DNA of 64,000 nucleotides, taken from the IMG/VR virus record IMGVR_UViG_3300021399_000117, positions 32,001 through 96,000 of that record; one strand, given 5' to 3'. The notes under the pieces were generated by a model, which saw only the letters and a list, made by a program, of their open reading frames with translations, made no database searches and was not told where the DNA came from. Position numbers and translations under genes: made by a program. This DNA is from a virus (Duplodnaviria > Caudoviricetes). Of this stretch, positions 7,560 through 17,560 are shown piece after piece. Within the stretch, counting starts at the first letter, position 1; each line of letters opens with the position of its first letter.

Positions 7560-10500
7560 TATTGGTTCTTAATTACAGTTTTGTAACGTGATGCATTGCT
7601 TATTGCGCGTTGCTCTTGTAGTGTGCTCGCTGTGGATGCTGATGTGCTTTCCAACATCGTTCTACTCATCAATCTGTTAAGTGATGAACGAGCACTCTTC
7701 TGTTGTACGGTATCTGTTGAGGTTACATCAAATTCTATCAGGTAATTGACAGGGTCGCTATACAGACTTGGACGCAAATCAAACGAGATGATTTTACTAA
7801 TAGGATTTTTAGGTGCATAATATTGCACTGTTAACGGAACCACGACAGCTTCTGTAGGAGCCAGTATCAGTTTGCTATGAGTGCTATCGCTATCCAATTG
7901 AAGAGAGCCTTCTTCGCTCAGATATGGATAGATTGTCATGGCAGAACCATCAGTTGGGATATCTTGGATATCTTTCAAAACCTGATGCTCCTTGTCATAA
8001 CTCAACACGTTTGATGTGCCTAATTGAGGTCCTTTCATGTAATAATCTGTTCCATCATATGCATCTTTGATACGGAATGTCAACCATTGATTAGCTCGTT
8101 GGAGTGTCCAATCCATACTTTTGCTCTCATCATATGATGCATAGGAGTATGATGCATAGGCTAGCCATACACCGTGTGCGTCCGTTCCTTCACCCTGGCA
8201 GTATCCCTTTTTATCCCATCTAGCGGATTTCAAATCATTGATCTTCTTATCGCGTGAACCTGGGAACACACTGTATAGATAAGATGTGAATGTACTGATG
8301 TTTGCGATCTGTATGGTGGCTACTGTGGTATATATACCTTCATCTTTTCCAGCTTGTGTATCCAGATAAGCAGGTAAGGAGATCTTATTAACTTGATCAG
8401 GTTTGATGATGGTTTCCATACCATCAATGATGATGCTAACCTGTAAGTTTTCAGAGCTTGCACCAGCTACCAGTGCATTCAGGTTTTTGACAGAAGCATC
8501 GAGGTCCTGAAGTTTATCACGCAAAGGAATGATACGACGTTCTGCTGTATAGAAACCTGATGAAATGTTCTCAGGTTTGTGGAAGAATGTTACGTCTTGA
8601 TCGACAACCTTGTCTCCTATATGATCTGTGACGCCCTCCTCTTTGAGGATGTTCTTGAAACGGTTGGTTTCGATGTCATTGTTATTCTCCTTTACAATAT
8701 CCAGCACTTGTACATCTTTAAGGAGTTCTTCCGGGAATGCGACATTGGTTACCTCTGACCACGCTGATGTAGTCTCAATGAACGGATAGCCAAAATCCCA
8801 TACGATCTTCAATCGGATATCCACAGTCTCTCCTTGGGAGATAGGTATATCTATCTGATTGAAGGATGGCTCGTTCATGCCACCGTTGTCTTGAGACTTG
8901 GTACCATCCACAGCATATTGTGGATAGCCGAACTTATAACCATCTTCGTATGAAGGTTCCTTCTGTAATATAAAAGAGGGCATATCATTCCAATCGCTGA
9001 AAATGAATTTGTTGTCTGTACCTATGGTAGCAGCTGTACCAGTCTCTCCATCCACAGTCTTGTAACGATACTGTACTTTGATGCCGTGTATATGATCTTT
9101 GAACCGAGCCAATACTTCATCTACGTCCGAAGTCACATTCCATTTGTAGTATCCACGAATATGATATTTTGCGTTTTCCAATGGGATGACACTGTCGTTT
9201 GCTGAAGTGGCAATCTCCTGCATGATACGAGTGATGCTTGTGTTCAACTCATTACGGCGGGCATTGTACTGACTCAATTGAGATAGGTATGAATCGCGAA
9301 TACCCGTAGTATCCACGAAGGATATCTCTGCTAGTGTCTTATTGATATCAGTGATCTTGCCTTGGAGTTCATTTAACTCAGTGATGTACTCTTGTTTTTG
9401 TGAGTACAATGCACGGATATTTTTAACGGTCTGGGAGTTGTTCAGGTGAGTATTGATCTGAAGAACCTGTAGGTTGTTCGGATCGATATATGGCTTGTAA
9501 TTACGGAAGCGATCAAAATCATCCTTGCTGTATTTCATGATCGTATTGGACATGATCGATGTGATTTCGTATAGCACGTCTCCCACATTACGAACATTCT
9601 CTTCGTAGTATTGTTTGAAGGTTTTTTGACCGTCATTCACATCCAATATTTCATTCGTATTGATGATCACACCACAACCCCAAGGCGCCTGTACATTCAT
9701 GCGGTTATTGAGAGCGGCAATAAATATACAAACATATTGATCTTCTTCCAGTGGTACATTGAGGTATTTGTCTTTGGTAAAGTCTACAGTAGAGAAGAAT
9801 TTCAATTTCGACAAGTCGCTGACATAGCTCTCATCACCAGGGTCTGCAACCAGATTGAGATAGTCACCGTTAAGCACCTTGACCGTTAGCTGGCGTGCGG
9901 CTGGGTTGATAGATACTATTTCCATCTTCGCACTGTCATCGTATGTGACCAACTGATCACCAACAGCTAGGTACTTCTCCATAGTCTCATCAAACAACAT
10001 ATATTTGAGATCTTCAGCAAAAGTCAGTGTGATGTACTCATCTAGGTTATCATCCACGATATCCTTATCGATAGACTTGATGGTGTATGTACCGCTACCT
10101 ATGTTTTTGCGAATAGGCAGACTTCTGGTGGTATCATACATAATATAATCGGTATCCTCTTTGTAAACCGACAATATCTTCCATAGATCTGCCCACTCAC
10201 ATTCGACAGTGGTGGATCCATTTAGTTTCTCACTTATTATCGACTGGAGTGTGTCGCCTTTGATAGCCACTTTGCGAACCAGTACCTGAGTGATGTCGTT
10301 TGGAAGAGATTGCAAATCAAATCTGACGAACGGGTTAGGTGTCAACATGTCCTTGAGGATATCATTCTGCTCGTGATCAAACCCTTCAGGTAAAGCCAAT
10401 TTTAGGCGGCTGGGTGTGCACGTATAACCTCGTACTTCGATAGATCTGCTGTTACCGTCGAAGTTGAATGTAGCCTCACCTGTTTTCGGGGCATTCACCA

Positions 10501-10699
10501 GATTGAGAAAATTCTCTTGTAAGGAGTTAATCTTGTTCTCCAATGATAGGAATGAAGGTATTACGTATTCTGCATCCCCTACCGATACAGTAAGGTGCTC
10601 GTGCTTGGTAAAGAACGAGTCGTTAATCGCTTGGAGGATTTCCAAATTCTTTTGTGTCAACGTCTGTAGTTGAGTTAGATATTCAGCTATATTTGCCAT
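7559..10699 (-). CDS. Large structural protein (baseplate/tail-associated), 1046 aa
   Basis: Long ORF heading the operon with gp15- and gp5-like genes; central coiled coil; TTATTAT upstream. Confidence 0.6.
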   Translation of the reverse strand: MANIAEYLTQLQTLTQKNLEILQAINDSFFTKHEHLTVSVGDAEYVIPSFLSLENKINSLQENFLNLVNAPKTGEATFNFDGNSRSIEVRGYTCTPSRLKLALPEGFDHEQNDILKDMLTPNPFVRFDLQSLPNDITQVLVRKVAIKGDTLQSIISEKLNGSTTVECEWADLWKILSVYKEDTDYIMYDTTRSLPIRKNIGSGTYTIKSIDKDIVDDNLDEYITLTFAEDLKYMLFDETMEKYLAVGDQLVTYDDSAKMEIVSINPAARQLTVKVLNGDYLNLVADPGDESYVSDLSKLKFFSTVDFTKDKYLNVPLEEDQYVCIFIAALNNRMNVQAPWGCGVIINTNEILDVNDGQKTFKQYYEENVRNVGDVLYEITSIMSNTIMKYSKDDFDRFRNYKPYIDPNNLQVLQINTHLNNSQTVKNIRALYSQKQEYITELNELQGKITDINKTLAEISFVDTTGIRDSYLSQLSQYNARRNELNTSITRIMQEIATSANDSVIPLENAKYHIRGYYKWNVTSDVDEVLARFKDHIHGIKVQYRYKTVDGETGTAATIGTDNKFIFSDWNDMPSFILQKEPSYEDGYKFGYPQYAVDGTKSQDNGGMNEPSFNQIDIPISQGETVDIRLKIVWDFGYPFIETTSAWSEVTNVAFPEELLKDVQVLDIVKENNNDIETNRFKNILKEEGVTDHIGDKVVDQDVTFFHKPENISSGFYTAERRIIPLRDKLQDLDASVKNLNALVAGASSENLQVSIIIDGMETIIKPDQVNKISLPAYLDTQAGKDEGIYTTVATIQIANISTFTSYLYSVFPGSRDKKINDLKSARWDKKGYCQGEGTDAHGVWLAYASYSYASYDESKSMDWTLQRANQWLTFRIKDAYDGTDYYMKGPQLGTSNVLSYDKEHQVLKDIQDIPTDGSAMTIYPYLSEEGSLQLDSDSTHSKLILAPTEAVVVPLTVQYYAPKNPISKIISFDLRPSLYSDPVNYLIEFDVTSTDTVQQKSARSSLNRLMSRTMLESTSASTASTLQEQRAISNASRYKTVIKNQ

Positions 10700-10802
10700 T
10701 CGAGCTGTATGTTTTATTGTTACAAATATAATAAGGTATCAAAAAGCGGTTCTTAAAAGAAGAAAAAATATACTGTTATTATAATTGTAATATAAGTAGC
10801 AC

Positions 10803-12821
10803 ATGGCTAAAACAACCAATATATATGGCGCGATGAGTGGACTGGCTGGTAAAAACATTCACTCAAAAGTAAGGATCACACACGAAAACTTGATGTCCGA
10901 CGGCATGTCCGAGGAGTTCAACACTTATCGTATGTGGTCTGCTGTCAATCTGGTTACCGAGGTAGACCCTCTTACGACAGATGATTATGAAAAAGATAAA
11001 GACGGTAACTGGGTGAAGAAGAATCAACGCACCGTTGCTGAGTCTACGGGTATCCGGGCCATATTCAACAAATGGCATGCAGTACCTGCAGAGAACAAAT
11101 CATTCGCCTGGCGTGTGTCTCAAAACATGCCACTGATTGATTCACCAAAAACACGTCAGTTGCAACGTTCTATGAACTCGTGTACTGTGCGAGACCTGGT
11201 AGAAAAATCCGCTGCTGGTTTGTTGGGCGCTTCTGTATATAGCTATTCGGACTTCATGTTCTGTAAGTATCTAGGGCGTGTTCCTAATAACTATCTTATT
11301 ACACTACGTAGATATACTGTCCCAGTACTGGACTATATCAAACCGTACGGTAACCCTTCTGCTGTGATGGGTGGTAAAGAATCTACACAGACTGATGGAG
11401 GTGGTGCTCCGATAGGTACTATGGTCACCTGGATGGGCACACCAGGTAACGAGATGAAGGAGATCATGAAGTACGACATCAGCATGCCTTACAAACAAGT
11501 CAATTCCAGCTTCGAGAGTGATGGTGAAAGATCAAAACCTGGAGTAGACAAGTCATCAGGCGGCGCCATAGGAGGTGCATTCCAGAAGGCTTTCAATAAC
11601 AACATAGTAGGTCAACATCTCGCTAATCACATCATGCCTGGTATGTTCAACAGACGAGCCGGACAATCTAACCCTGAACGTGCCCCGTATTATGACAAGA
11701 ACAAAGCCTATGCTGGTGTAGATATGGTGAAGAGCATATACGTGCGCGATGCCGAAAAAGGTCTTCAGTTCAAACAGTCATTCAAGTTAGTGTTTGACTA
11801 CGAACTTCGTTCATATGATGGTGTCAACGGCAAGCAAGCTATGTTGGACTTACTCGGTAATATCCTTTCTGTTTGTTATACCAACGGCGACTTCTGGGGT
11901 GGTGCCTATCGTCATGAAGCGGGGTCCAGCAGCATGCAACCGATGTCTTCGCTCGAATGTATGCAACATCATGGGACCTTCTCTGGTTATGTCAATGCGT
12001 TCAACAGGGACTTTCAAAAGATACGTGGTCGTGTAGCAAACATGACAAAGAATCCATTGGAGACCCTGAAGACCTTACTCAATGATCTGGGTGGTGCACT
12101 TCTTGGTGGTGATATGAATCTAGCACCTATCCAATACAAAACTGGCGTCAACTCCTTGTTATCAGATACTGCAGTAGGTCTTTGGCACGTGACTGTTGGT
12201 AATCCTTGTGCTCCTATGATGAGTATAGGTAACCTTATCCTCACCAATACAACTATTGAACATTACGGACCACTAGGTATTGATGATTTTCCAACAGGAC
12301 TTCGAGTGACATGTACCTTTGATACTGGCAAGCCTCGTGACAAACGTCTGATCGAACGTATATACAATGGAGGTAATGATCGAATCTATTCACCACTGGA
12401 TCAGTCTATACTGAACTCTCTTAATAACGCACCAGATGTTCATAGTTATGACAAAGCAGATACCGATGTCAACGGTAATGCATCACATATCGTTACTACT
12501 ACTGGTTATAACACATTAGACGATGTCAGAAACGGCACCACTGGTGGGCGTTCTATTCAATCACAGGTAGTCATGTCTGCAGAACTTTCAAAACGAGATG
12601 AAGAAGCCAAGTCAATGGCGGAGAAATTGATCCCGAATAAGGAAATGTCCGTGTCCGGTTACCATAACAAAAACCTTAGTGCGATATCCACACTGCGTAC
12701 CGCGGATCTGGTAAAGAAGTACTTCGGTACAGCTGGTCAATACGCTATTAACGTAACTTCAGGTGAAATGAACGAAGGGTTTGCTGCACCTACCACAGAT
12801 CCTAACACAGGTAAAGTATAA
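10803..12821 (+). CDS. Putative baseplate/tail-tube-initiator-like structural protein
   Basis: 672 aa; C-terminal IGNLILTNTTIEH...DDFPT.L.V tube-fold pattern; TTATTAT upstream. Confidence 0.5.
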   Translation: MAKTTNIYGAMSGLAGKNIHSKVRITHENLMSDGMSEEFNTYRMWSAVNLVTEVDPLTTDDYEKDKDGNWVKKNQRTVAESTGIRAIFNKWHAVPAENKSFAWRVSQNMPLIDSPKTRQLQRSMNSCTVRDLVEKSAAGLLGASVYSYSDFMFCKYLGRVPNNYLITLRRYTVPVLDYIKPYGNPSAVMGGKESTQTDGGGAPIGTMVTWMGTPGNEMKEIMKYDISMPYKQVNSSFESDGERSKPGVDKSSGGAIGGAFQKAFNNNIVGQHLANHIMPGMFNRRAGQSNPERAPYYDKNKAYAGVDMVKSIYVRDAEKGLQFKQSFKLVFDYELRSYDGVNGKQAMLDLLGNILSVCYTNGDFWGGAYRHEAGSSSMQPMSSLECMQHHGTFSGYVNAFNRDFQKIRGRVANMTKNPLETLKTLLNDLGGALLGGDMNLAPIQYKTGVNSLLSDTAVGLWHVTVGNPCAPMMSIGNLILTNTTIEHYGPLGIDDFPTGLRVTCTFDTGKPRDKRLIERIYNGGNDRIYSPLDQSILNSLNNAPDVHSYDKADTDVNGNASHIVTTTGYNTLDDVRNGTTGGRSIQSQVVMSAELSKRDEEAKSMAEKLIPNKEMSVSGYHNKNLSAISTLRTADLVKKYFGTAGQYAINVTSGEMNEGFAAPTTDPNTGKV

Positions 12822-13276
12822 TGCCACATGATATAAAACAGTTAAAGCCTAGTGCCAATTCAAGATACAGGCAAGGCTACATCGATCCGGGAAGCTGCAA
12901 AAAACTCTTCCCGGATCTTGTTAAGGACAGCATCATATACAGAAGTAGCTATGAACGGAAGTTTATCTACTGGTGTGAAAACAATCCTAAGGTCAAACAC
13001 TGGGGATCTGAATGCATGTCCATCAAATATATATCCATGATAGATAAAAAAGAACATACATACTATCCCGATTATGTGGTGGAGATGGTAGATGGAGAGA
13101 AGTGGGTGGTAGAAATCAAACCCTATTCACAAACACAACGTCCTGTTGTTGAAAATGGGTGGTTATGGAACGCTTATACAATGAACATGTCCAAATGGGT
13201 TGCAGCCAAACAATACTGCGATGCCCGCGGACTCAAATTTAAGATACTCACGGAGCGCACCATTGAGTTATTATAA
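12821..13276 (+). CDS. Head completion nuclease, T4 gp4-like (TnsA-like PD-(D/E)xK)
   Basis: QG.Y.P, YRSSYERKF, WGSE, YYPDY, EIKP, KW.AA..YC...G..F.ILTE. Confidence 0.85.
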   Translation: MPHDIKQLKPSANSRYRQGYIDPGSCKKLFPDLVKDSIIYRSSYERKFIYWCENNPKVKHWGSECMSIKYISMIDKKEHTYYPDYVVEMVDGEKWVVEIKPYSQTQRPVVENGWLWNAYTMNMSKWVAAKQYCDARGLKFKILTERTIELL

Positions 13277-13294
13277 TAGAAAAGAGAATACTAT

Positions 13295-13573
13295 ATGGCA
13301 AAAGAAAAAGGATTCATATATCAAGCACACTGTTCTGGCGGCTATCCTAGTTCGAAACGATTCTGGGGCGGTATAGGTTTTGCGATATGTCAGTTATGCA
13401 TCATCGCAGCTACGGTACTGTCGTTCATACATACAGGCGAACTATCCGGTACTGTTTCTAGCCTGATTGATTTCGACCTAGCTACCAGTGCAACACTTCT
13501 TGGATTAGCATCGGTAACACGTATGTTCGGAAACAACAAAACGAGTATAGGGGAAACAGAAGATGATAAATAA
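13295..13573 (+). CDS. Small two-TM membrane protein, possible holin
   Basis: SSKRF followed by two hydrophobic segments and a charged C-terminus. Confidence 0.4.
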   Translation: MAKEKGFIYQAHCSGGYPSSKRFWGGIGFAICQLCIIAATVLSFIHTGELSGTVSSLIDFDLATSATLLGLASVTRMFGNNKTSIGETEDDK

Positions 13574-13587
13574 ACATTCGAACACAT

Positions 13588-14112
13588 ATGCCAACATATA
13601 TAGAAAATATATTAACTGGTATCAAGATCTGGGTAACCAATAAATTAGAAGAGATATCTTTTGTCACATCCAGTCATCTTAACACATTACATGAACGCGT
13701 TGAAAATATCGAATCCGTACTGGCTAATGAATTCGAAGAATCCGCATATTCCGAACGTGCACTGTACACCACCTCAGAAGTAGAAGGAGATATAATGGCT
13801 ACTGGTAAGATGATCAAGCACAGAAGCAAGGTGTCCTTATTTATCAAGAATGCCAACACAGTGGACGGGATTCAAGATGTGTACTATGTTTTACCTTATG
13901 CACCGGATGTCGAGTATGTAAATCTTGTGAACAATAACCAACTACACGAATATCTAGGAATACAATTCAAAATAGAGTTAACTACCCAAACTGTCGATGA
14001 TGTGACATATAATGTCCTCAAACTAAACAGATATGTCAATGGTAGTATAACCAACTGGGAGACAGACCAATCTGTGGCATTCAGTTTGGATTATATCGCT
14101 GAAAGTGTATAA
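13588..14112 (+). CDS. Hypothetical (probably tail-associated) protein
   Basis: 174 aa ORF in a late cluster. Confidence 0.6.
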   Translation: MPTYIENILTGIKIWVTNKLEEISFVTSSHLNTLHERVENIESVLANEFEESAYSERALYTTSEVEGDIMATGKMIKHRSKVSLFIKNANTVDGIQDVYYVLPYAPDVEYVNLVNNNQLHEYLGIQFKIELTTQTVDDVTYNVLKLNRYVNGSITNWETDQSVAFSLDYIAESV

Positions 14113-14139
14113 GTTTATTGTGTAAAATAACCAATATAC

Positions 14140-15753
14140 ATGAAAGAATATTTGAAAAAATTCGAGTCTGTTGAATATGCAGACAACTATATTATATCGG
14201 ATATTCCGTTTGCTACTTCAATTGCAACGGATCCTGTTCAGAATTTAGTTTGTAACCAGACAGGTAAGAGACTTGTTAATGTATCTGGGGTAATGCAAGT
14301 TCAACCAATGCCTCCGACAAATGAAATTTGGTACACCAGTTCAGATGGAAATATTGTGACACCATATCAAACAAGTTCATTACCAGAAATTGATACTAAT
14401 ACATATGTTGATGGTAAAGGTGTAATTAAATTTAAAACAGATGTCACCGGTATTGGAACGTTGGCTTTCAATAAGTGTGCTACGTTGTTATCTATTGACA
14501 TTCCTAATAGTGTCACAAGCATTGAGGATAAGGCTTTCAAAAATTGTAGTATGTTAACGTCTGTGAAGATTTTTAATGGGGTCACAAATATTGGAGAGGA
14601 GGCTTTCTCCGATTGTAAAGGTTTGGCCTCTATATCAATACCAAATAGTGTCACCAGTATTGGAACTAATGCTTTCTTACGATGTAGTAATTTAATTTCA
14701 GTAACAATCGACTCGGATGCAATTATCAACAAAACATATTCTTCATCTTCAACTATTGAGAATATATTTAGGAGCCAAGTAAAAAAATATATTATTGGTA
14801 ATAGTGTTACGGGTATTGGAACTAATGCTTTCTATCGGGCTAATTTGACCTCAGTAAAAATAGGTAATAGAGTTACACGCATTGGGTATTATGCTTTCGA
14901 GAACTGTAGTAACTTGTCATCGGTAACGATTCCTAATACTGTCACAAGCATTGGAAATAGCGCTTTCTTAGGTTGCAAAGGTTTGGCCTCTGTAATAATC
15001 CCAAATAGTGTCACCAGCATTGAATTTGCCGCTTTTTCAGGTTGTAGTAGTTTGACATCTATAACGATTCCTAACAGTGTCACTCACATCGGAGACAATG
15101 CTTTTAATGCCTGTACTAGTTTAGAGTCAATTACAGTGGATGTGAATAATCCGAATTATTGCTCTGAAGATGGGGTGTTATTCAACAAAGACAAAACAAC
15201 CCTTATTCAATGCCCAATAGGCAAACAAGACACATATGCTTATACTATTCCTAATAGTGTCGCGCGCATTGAACATGAATCTTTCGAAGGTTGTACAGGT
15301 TTGACCTCTATAACGATTCCTAACAGCGTCACCAGCATTGGAGGTAGTGCTTTCTCTGGTTGCACCGGTTTGACCTCTTTGACTATTCCTGATAGTGTCA
15401 CAAACATTGAAAGTGATACTATTGATTTAATTTTCAATGGTGCTTTCGGATCAATTTCAGCAAAAATATCATTTAGTAAATTATATTCAACATATACTAA
15501 TAAAATTTTCAATAACTCAGCATTATCAGAATCAGTCTCATGGACATACAATGTTGAATTTAATATTTCGGAAATTCCAACAGGTTATAACATTTCATCC
15601 ATGTTACCACAAGCTTCCGACAACGATGGAAAAGTCACTATAACCTATAACATATATACAGATTATGAACCTTGCAAAGACCAAGCACTTGCACTGGCTA
15701 ATACAAAAACAATAGTAAATGTTTATCATATTGATGGTACTCCATGGGAATAA
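14140..15753 (+). CDS. BspA-type leucine-rich-repeat (TpLRR/LRR_5) protein
   Basis: Many IPNSVTSIG..AF..C..LTSI repeats; NPNYCSEDGVLFNKDKTTLI motif. Confidence 0.92.
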   Translation: MKEYLKKFESVEYADNYIISDIPFATSIATDPVQNLVCNQTGKRLVNVSGVMQVQPMPPTNEIWYTSSDGNIVTPYQTSSLPEIDTNTYVDGKGVIKFKTDVTGIGTLAFNKCATLLSIDIPNSVTSIEDKAFKNCSMLTSVKIFNGVTNIGEEAFSDCKGLASISIPNSVTSIGTNAFLRCSNLISVTIDSDAIINKTYSSSSTIENIFRSQVKKYIIGNSVTGIGTNAFYRANLTSVKIGNRVTRIGYYAFENCSNLSSVTIPNTVTSIGNSAFLGCKGLASVIIPNSVTSIEFAAFSGCSSLTSITIPNSVTHIGDNAFNACTSLESITVDVNNPNYCSEDGVLFNKDKTTLIQCPIGKQDTYAYTIPNSVARIEHESFEGCTGLTSITIPNSVTSIGGSAFSGCTGLTSLTIPDSVTNIESDTIDLIFNGAFGSISAKISFSKLYSTYTNKIFNNSALSESVSWTYNVEFNISEIPTGYNISSMLPQASDNDGKVTITYNIYTDYEPCKDQALALANTKTIVNVYHIDGTPWE

Positions 15754-15764
15754 AAATTTGAACT

Positions 15765-16331
15765 ATGAAAAAGGTAACACTTAAATACTTCAACGAAAAT
15801 CTGCACGATATATTTAATTCAGAAAGTCCTAAAGCCTACTATTGTGTCCACAAACAAACAGAAGTAAATACGGGAACACAAGGCGATTGTGACACACAAT
15901 ATTGCGAAGAACACAGTATTCCGGTTTATTTGATGGAACGTTCTGGTGGAACTATTGTATGTTCTGGAGGTAATATCGGAATTTCCGTGATTACTCCTGT
16001 TAAGCGGGGCTGGCAAACAAGTGCGTTCATGACGACTCTGACGGAGTATTTGCAAAACAAAGGTCTCGATGCAAAATGCGCAGGTAATGATATTCTTATT
16101 GAGGGGTTCAAAGTAGCATCTAGTGCAGAGATTCGTGTAGGAGATGATTTGAAGAATGTTTATAGCACCTATCAAATATCCATCAATCAAGATATTGAAG
16201 CTATCAAACATATCTGCAAAAAGGAAATGGTTAAAATACCAAAAGCTCTTTCAGATTACGGAATAACAACGGAAGAAATTGTTGATTTTTGCAAATCTTA
16301 TTGGGACAATCTTATTAAAACTCAACTCTGA
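15765..16331 (+). CDS. Lipoate-protein ligase (LplA/LipB/BPL)-like protein
   Basis: RSGGTIV..GNI and NDILIEGFKV motifs. Confidence 0.7.
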   Translation: MKKVTLKYFNENLHDIFNSESPKAYYCVHKQTEVNTGTQGDCDTQYCEEHSIPVYLMERSGGTIVCSGGNIGISVITPVKRGWQTSAFMTTLTEYLQNKGLDAKCAGNDILIEGFKVASSAEIRVGDDLKNVYSTYQISINQDIEAIKHICKKEMVKIPKALSDYGITTEEIVDFCKSYWDNLIKTQL

Positions 16332-16402
16332 CAAAAGATCTTTTTTGAATAACATGAGTTTCATTCTCAGCGAGATCTCTCTTTAGAATTGAAATAAACA
16401 AT

Positions 16403-16437
16403 AAAAAAAACCTCTTCGTAATACGAAGGGGTTTTTT
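16403..16437. terminator. Bidirectional intrinsic terminator
   Basis: A-run CCTCTTCGTA-a-TACGAAGGGG T-run between convergent genes. Confidence 0.75.
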
Positions 16438-17557
16438 AATCTTGTTGATTCAAAAATTCAATAACTTCTTTTACAGACACATTCGGATTAGGGCCTTCTG
16501 GACCCTGCTCTCCTTGAGGACCTTGTGGTCCTTGTTCTCCTTGTGGACCTTGTGGACCCTGCTCTCCTTGAGGACCTTGTGGTCCGGTCTCTCCCGGATC
16601 ACCTTTATCTCCTTTCGGACCTTGTGATGAAGATAGTTCAACAGTCTTATCTATGACAGGTACAGTCACACCATCTACCTTGATAGTTTCGATGATGTTT
16701 TTGTTTTCCAAATTAGAAATAACAGTCTGTAATGACCTACTACCTACGGTGCTCAACCCATTATATCCTCCTACTCCGTACAAGTAGATGTCACCATTTG
16801 GAAGGGTGTTCAATAGCGATGTTTTTTCGCTATCATTGATATTACTATTATTTTCAACACCAAATGCAAAAGGATTACCGCCAGCAGTCATTTTTTGCCA
16901 GTTTGTAACACCGCCTGAACTATTTACTTTAGTTTCGAATGCATCTATTCTAAGTGACAATGTATTTCCACGTTCGCGCTCAATTACATCCAGACGGGTG
17001 TTGACGGTAGTTTGACCGGATTTGGTCTCAAACAGTTTGTAAGAATCTGTGTCTTTTATTGTGAATGTGTTCTGCACTTTGGACTCAAACGTCTTGGTGT
17101 TGAATTTAGCTGCTTTATCCGTAGCCGACACAGTCATAGCACCGTTTACTGTGAATGCACTGGTTGGATTTATAATCACTTTTTCAGCACCCAACTCAAT
17201 ATTCTTAGTTGTTTGCTTGTATTCTGTGGAGACTGCACCTATATTACCGTCAGAATCAGTAGTGTAGTTTTGGAATACAATCTTATCTGGAGTAAAAGAG
17301 TAACCGATACCACGATCGAATAGACCAGATGTACTATCTTTATGTAAAGAGTTTCCTGTCAAATCTGCGTGATCGTCTTTCACAGTGACATTGGATATAC
17401 CATCTTTACCAAATAGTTTCAAGCTACTGTCGAGGGTGTTCGAACCTTTATCCAATTTGTTATCATGATTATCTTGGATGTTATCGATGAGTTGATTAAC
17501 ATGAACGTCTTCGAACAACTCACCGTTGGTCATATGTTCCATCGGTATATACGCCAT
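16436..17557 (-). CDS. Collagen-repeat tail fibre-like protein
   Basis: C-terminal (Gly-X-Y)n: GPKGDKGDPGETGPQGPQGEQ.. Confidence 0.7.
   Translation of the reverse strand: MAYIPMEHMTNGELFEDVHVNQLIDNIQDNHDNKLDKGSNTLDSSLKLFGKDGISNVTVKDDHADLTGNSLHKDSTSGLFDRGIGYSFTPDKIVFQNYTTDSDGNIGAVSTEYKQTTKNIELGAEKVIINPTSAFTVNGAMTVSATDKAAKFNTKTFESKVQNTFTIKDTDSYKLFETKSGQTTVNTRLDVIERERGNTLSLRIDAFETKVNSSGGVTNWQKMTAGGNPFAFGVENNSNINDSEKTSLLNTLPNGDIYLYGVGGYNGLSTVGSRSLQTVISNLENKNIIETIKVDGVTVPVIDKTVELSSSQGPKGDKGDPGETGPQGPQGEQGPQGPQGEQGPQGPQGEQGPEGPNPNVSVKEVIEFLNQQD
16490..16622 (-). repeat. Collagen-like coding repeat (27-nt GPQGEQGPQ units)
   Basis: Repeated ggaccctgctctccttgaggaccttgt-type units. Confidence 0.85.
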
Positions 17558-17560
17558 ACA

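Noticed and set aside
12821-13276. TnsA transposase / Tn7 element
   Set aside because: Motifs and virion-gene context fit T4 gp4 head completion nuclease; no tnsB/tnsC or element ends are seen
14140-15753. Diversity-generating retroelement target or shufflon
   Set aside because: The repeats are ordinary LRR coding repeats; no reverse transcriptase, adenine-specific TR/VR pair or invertase in the window
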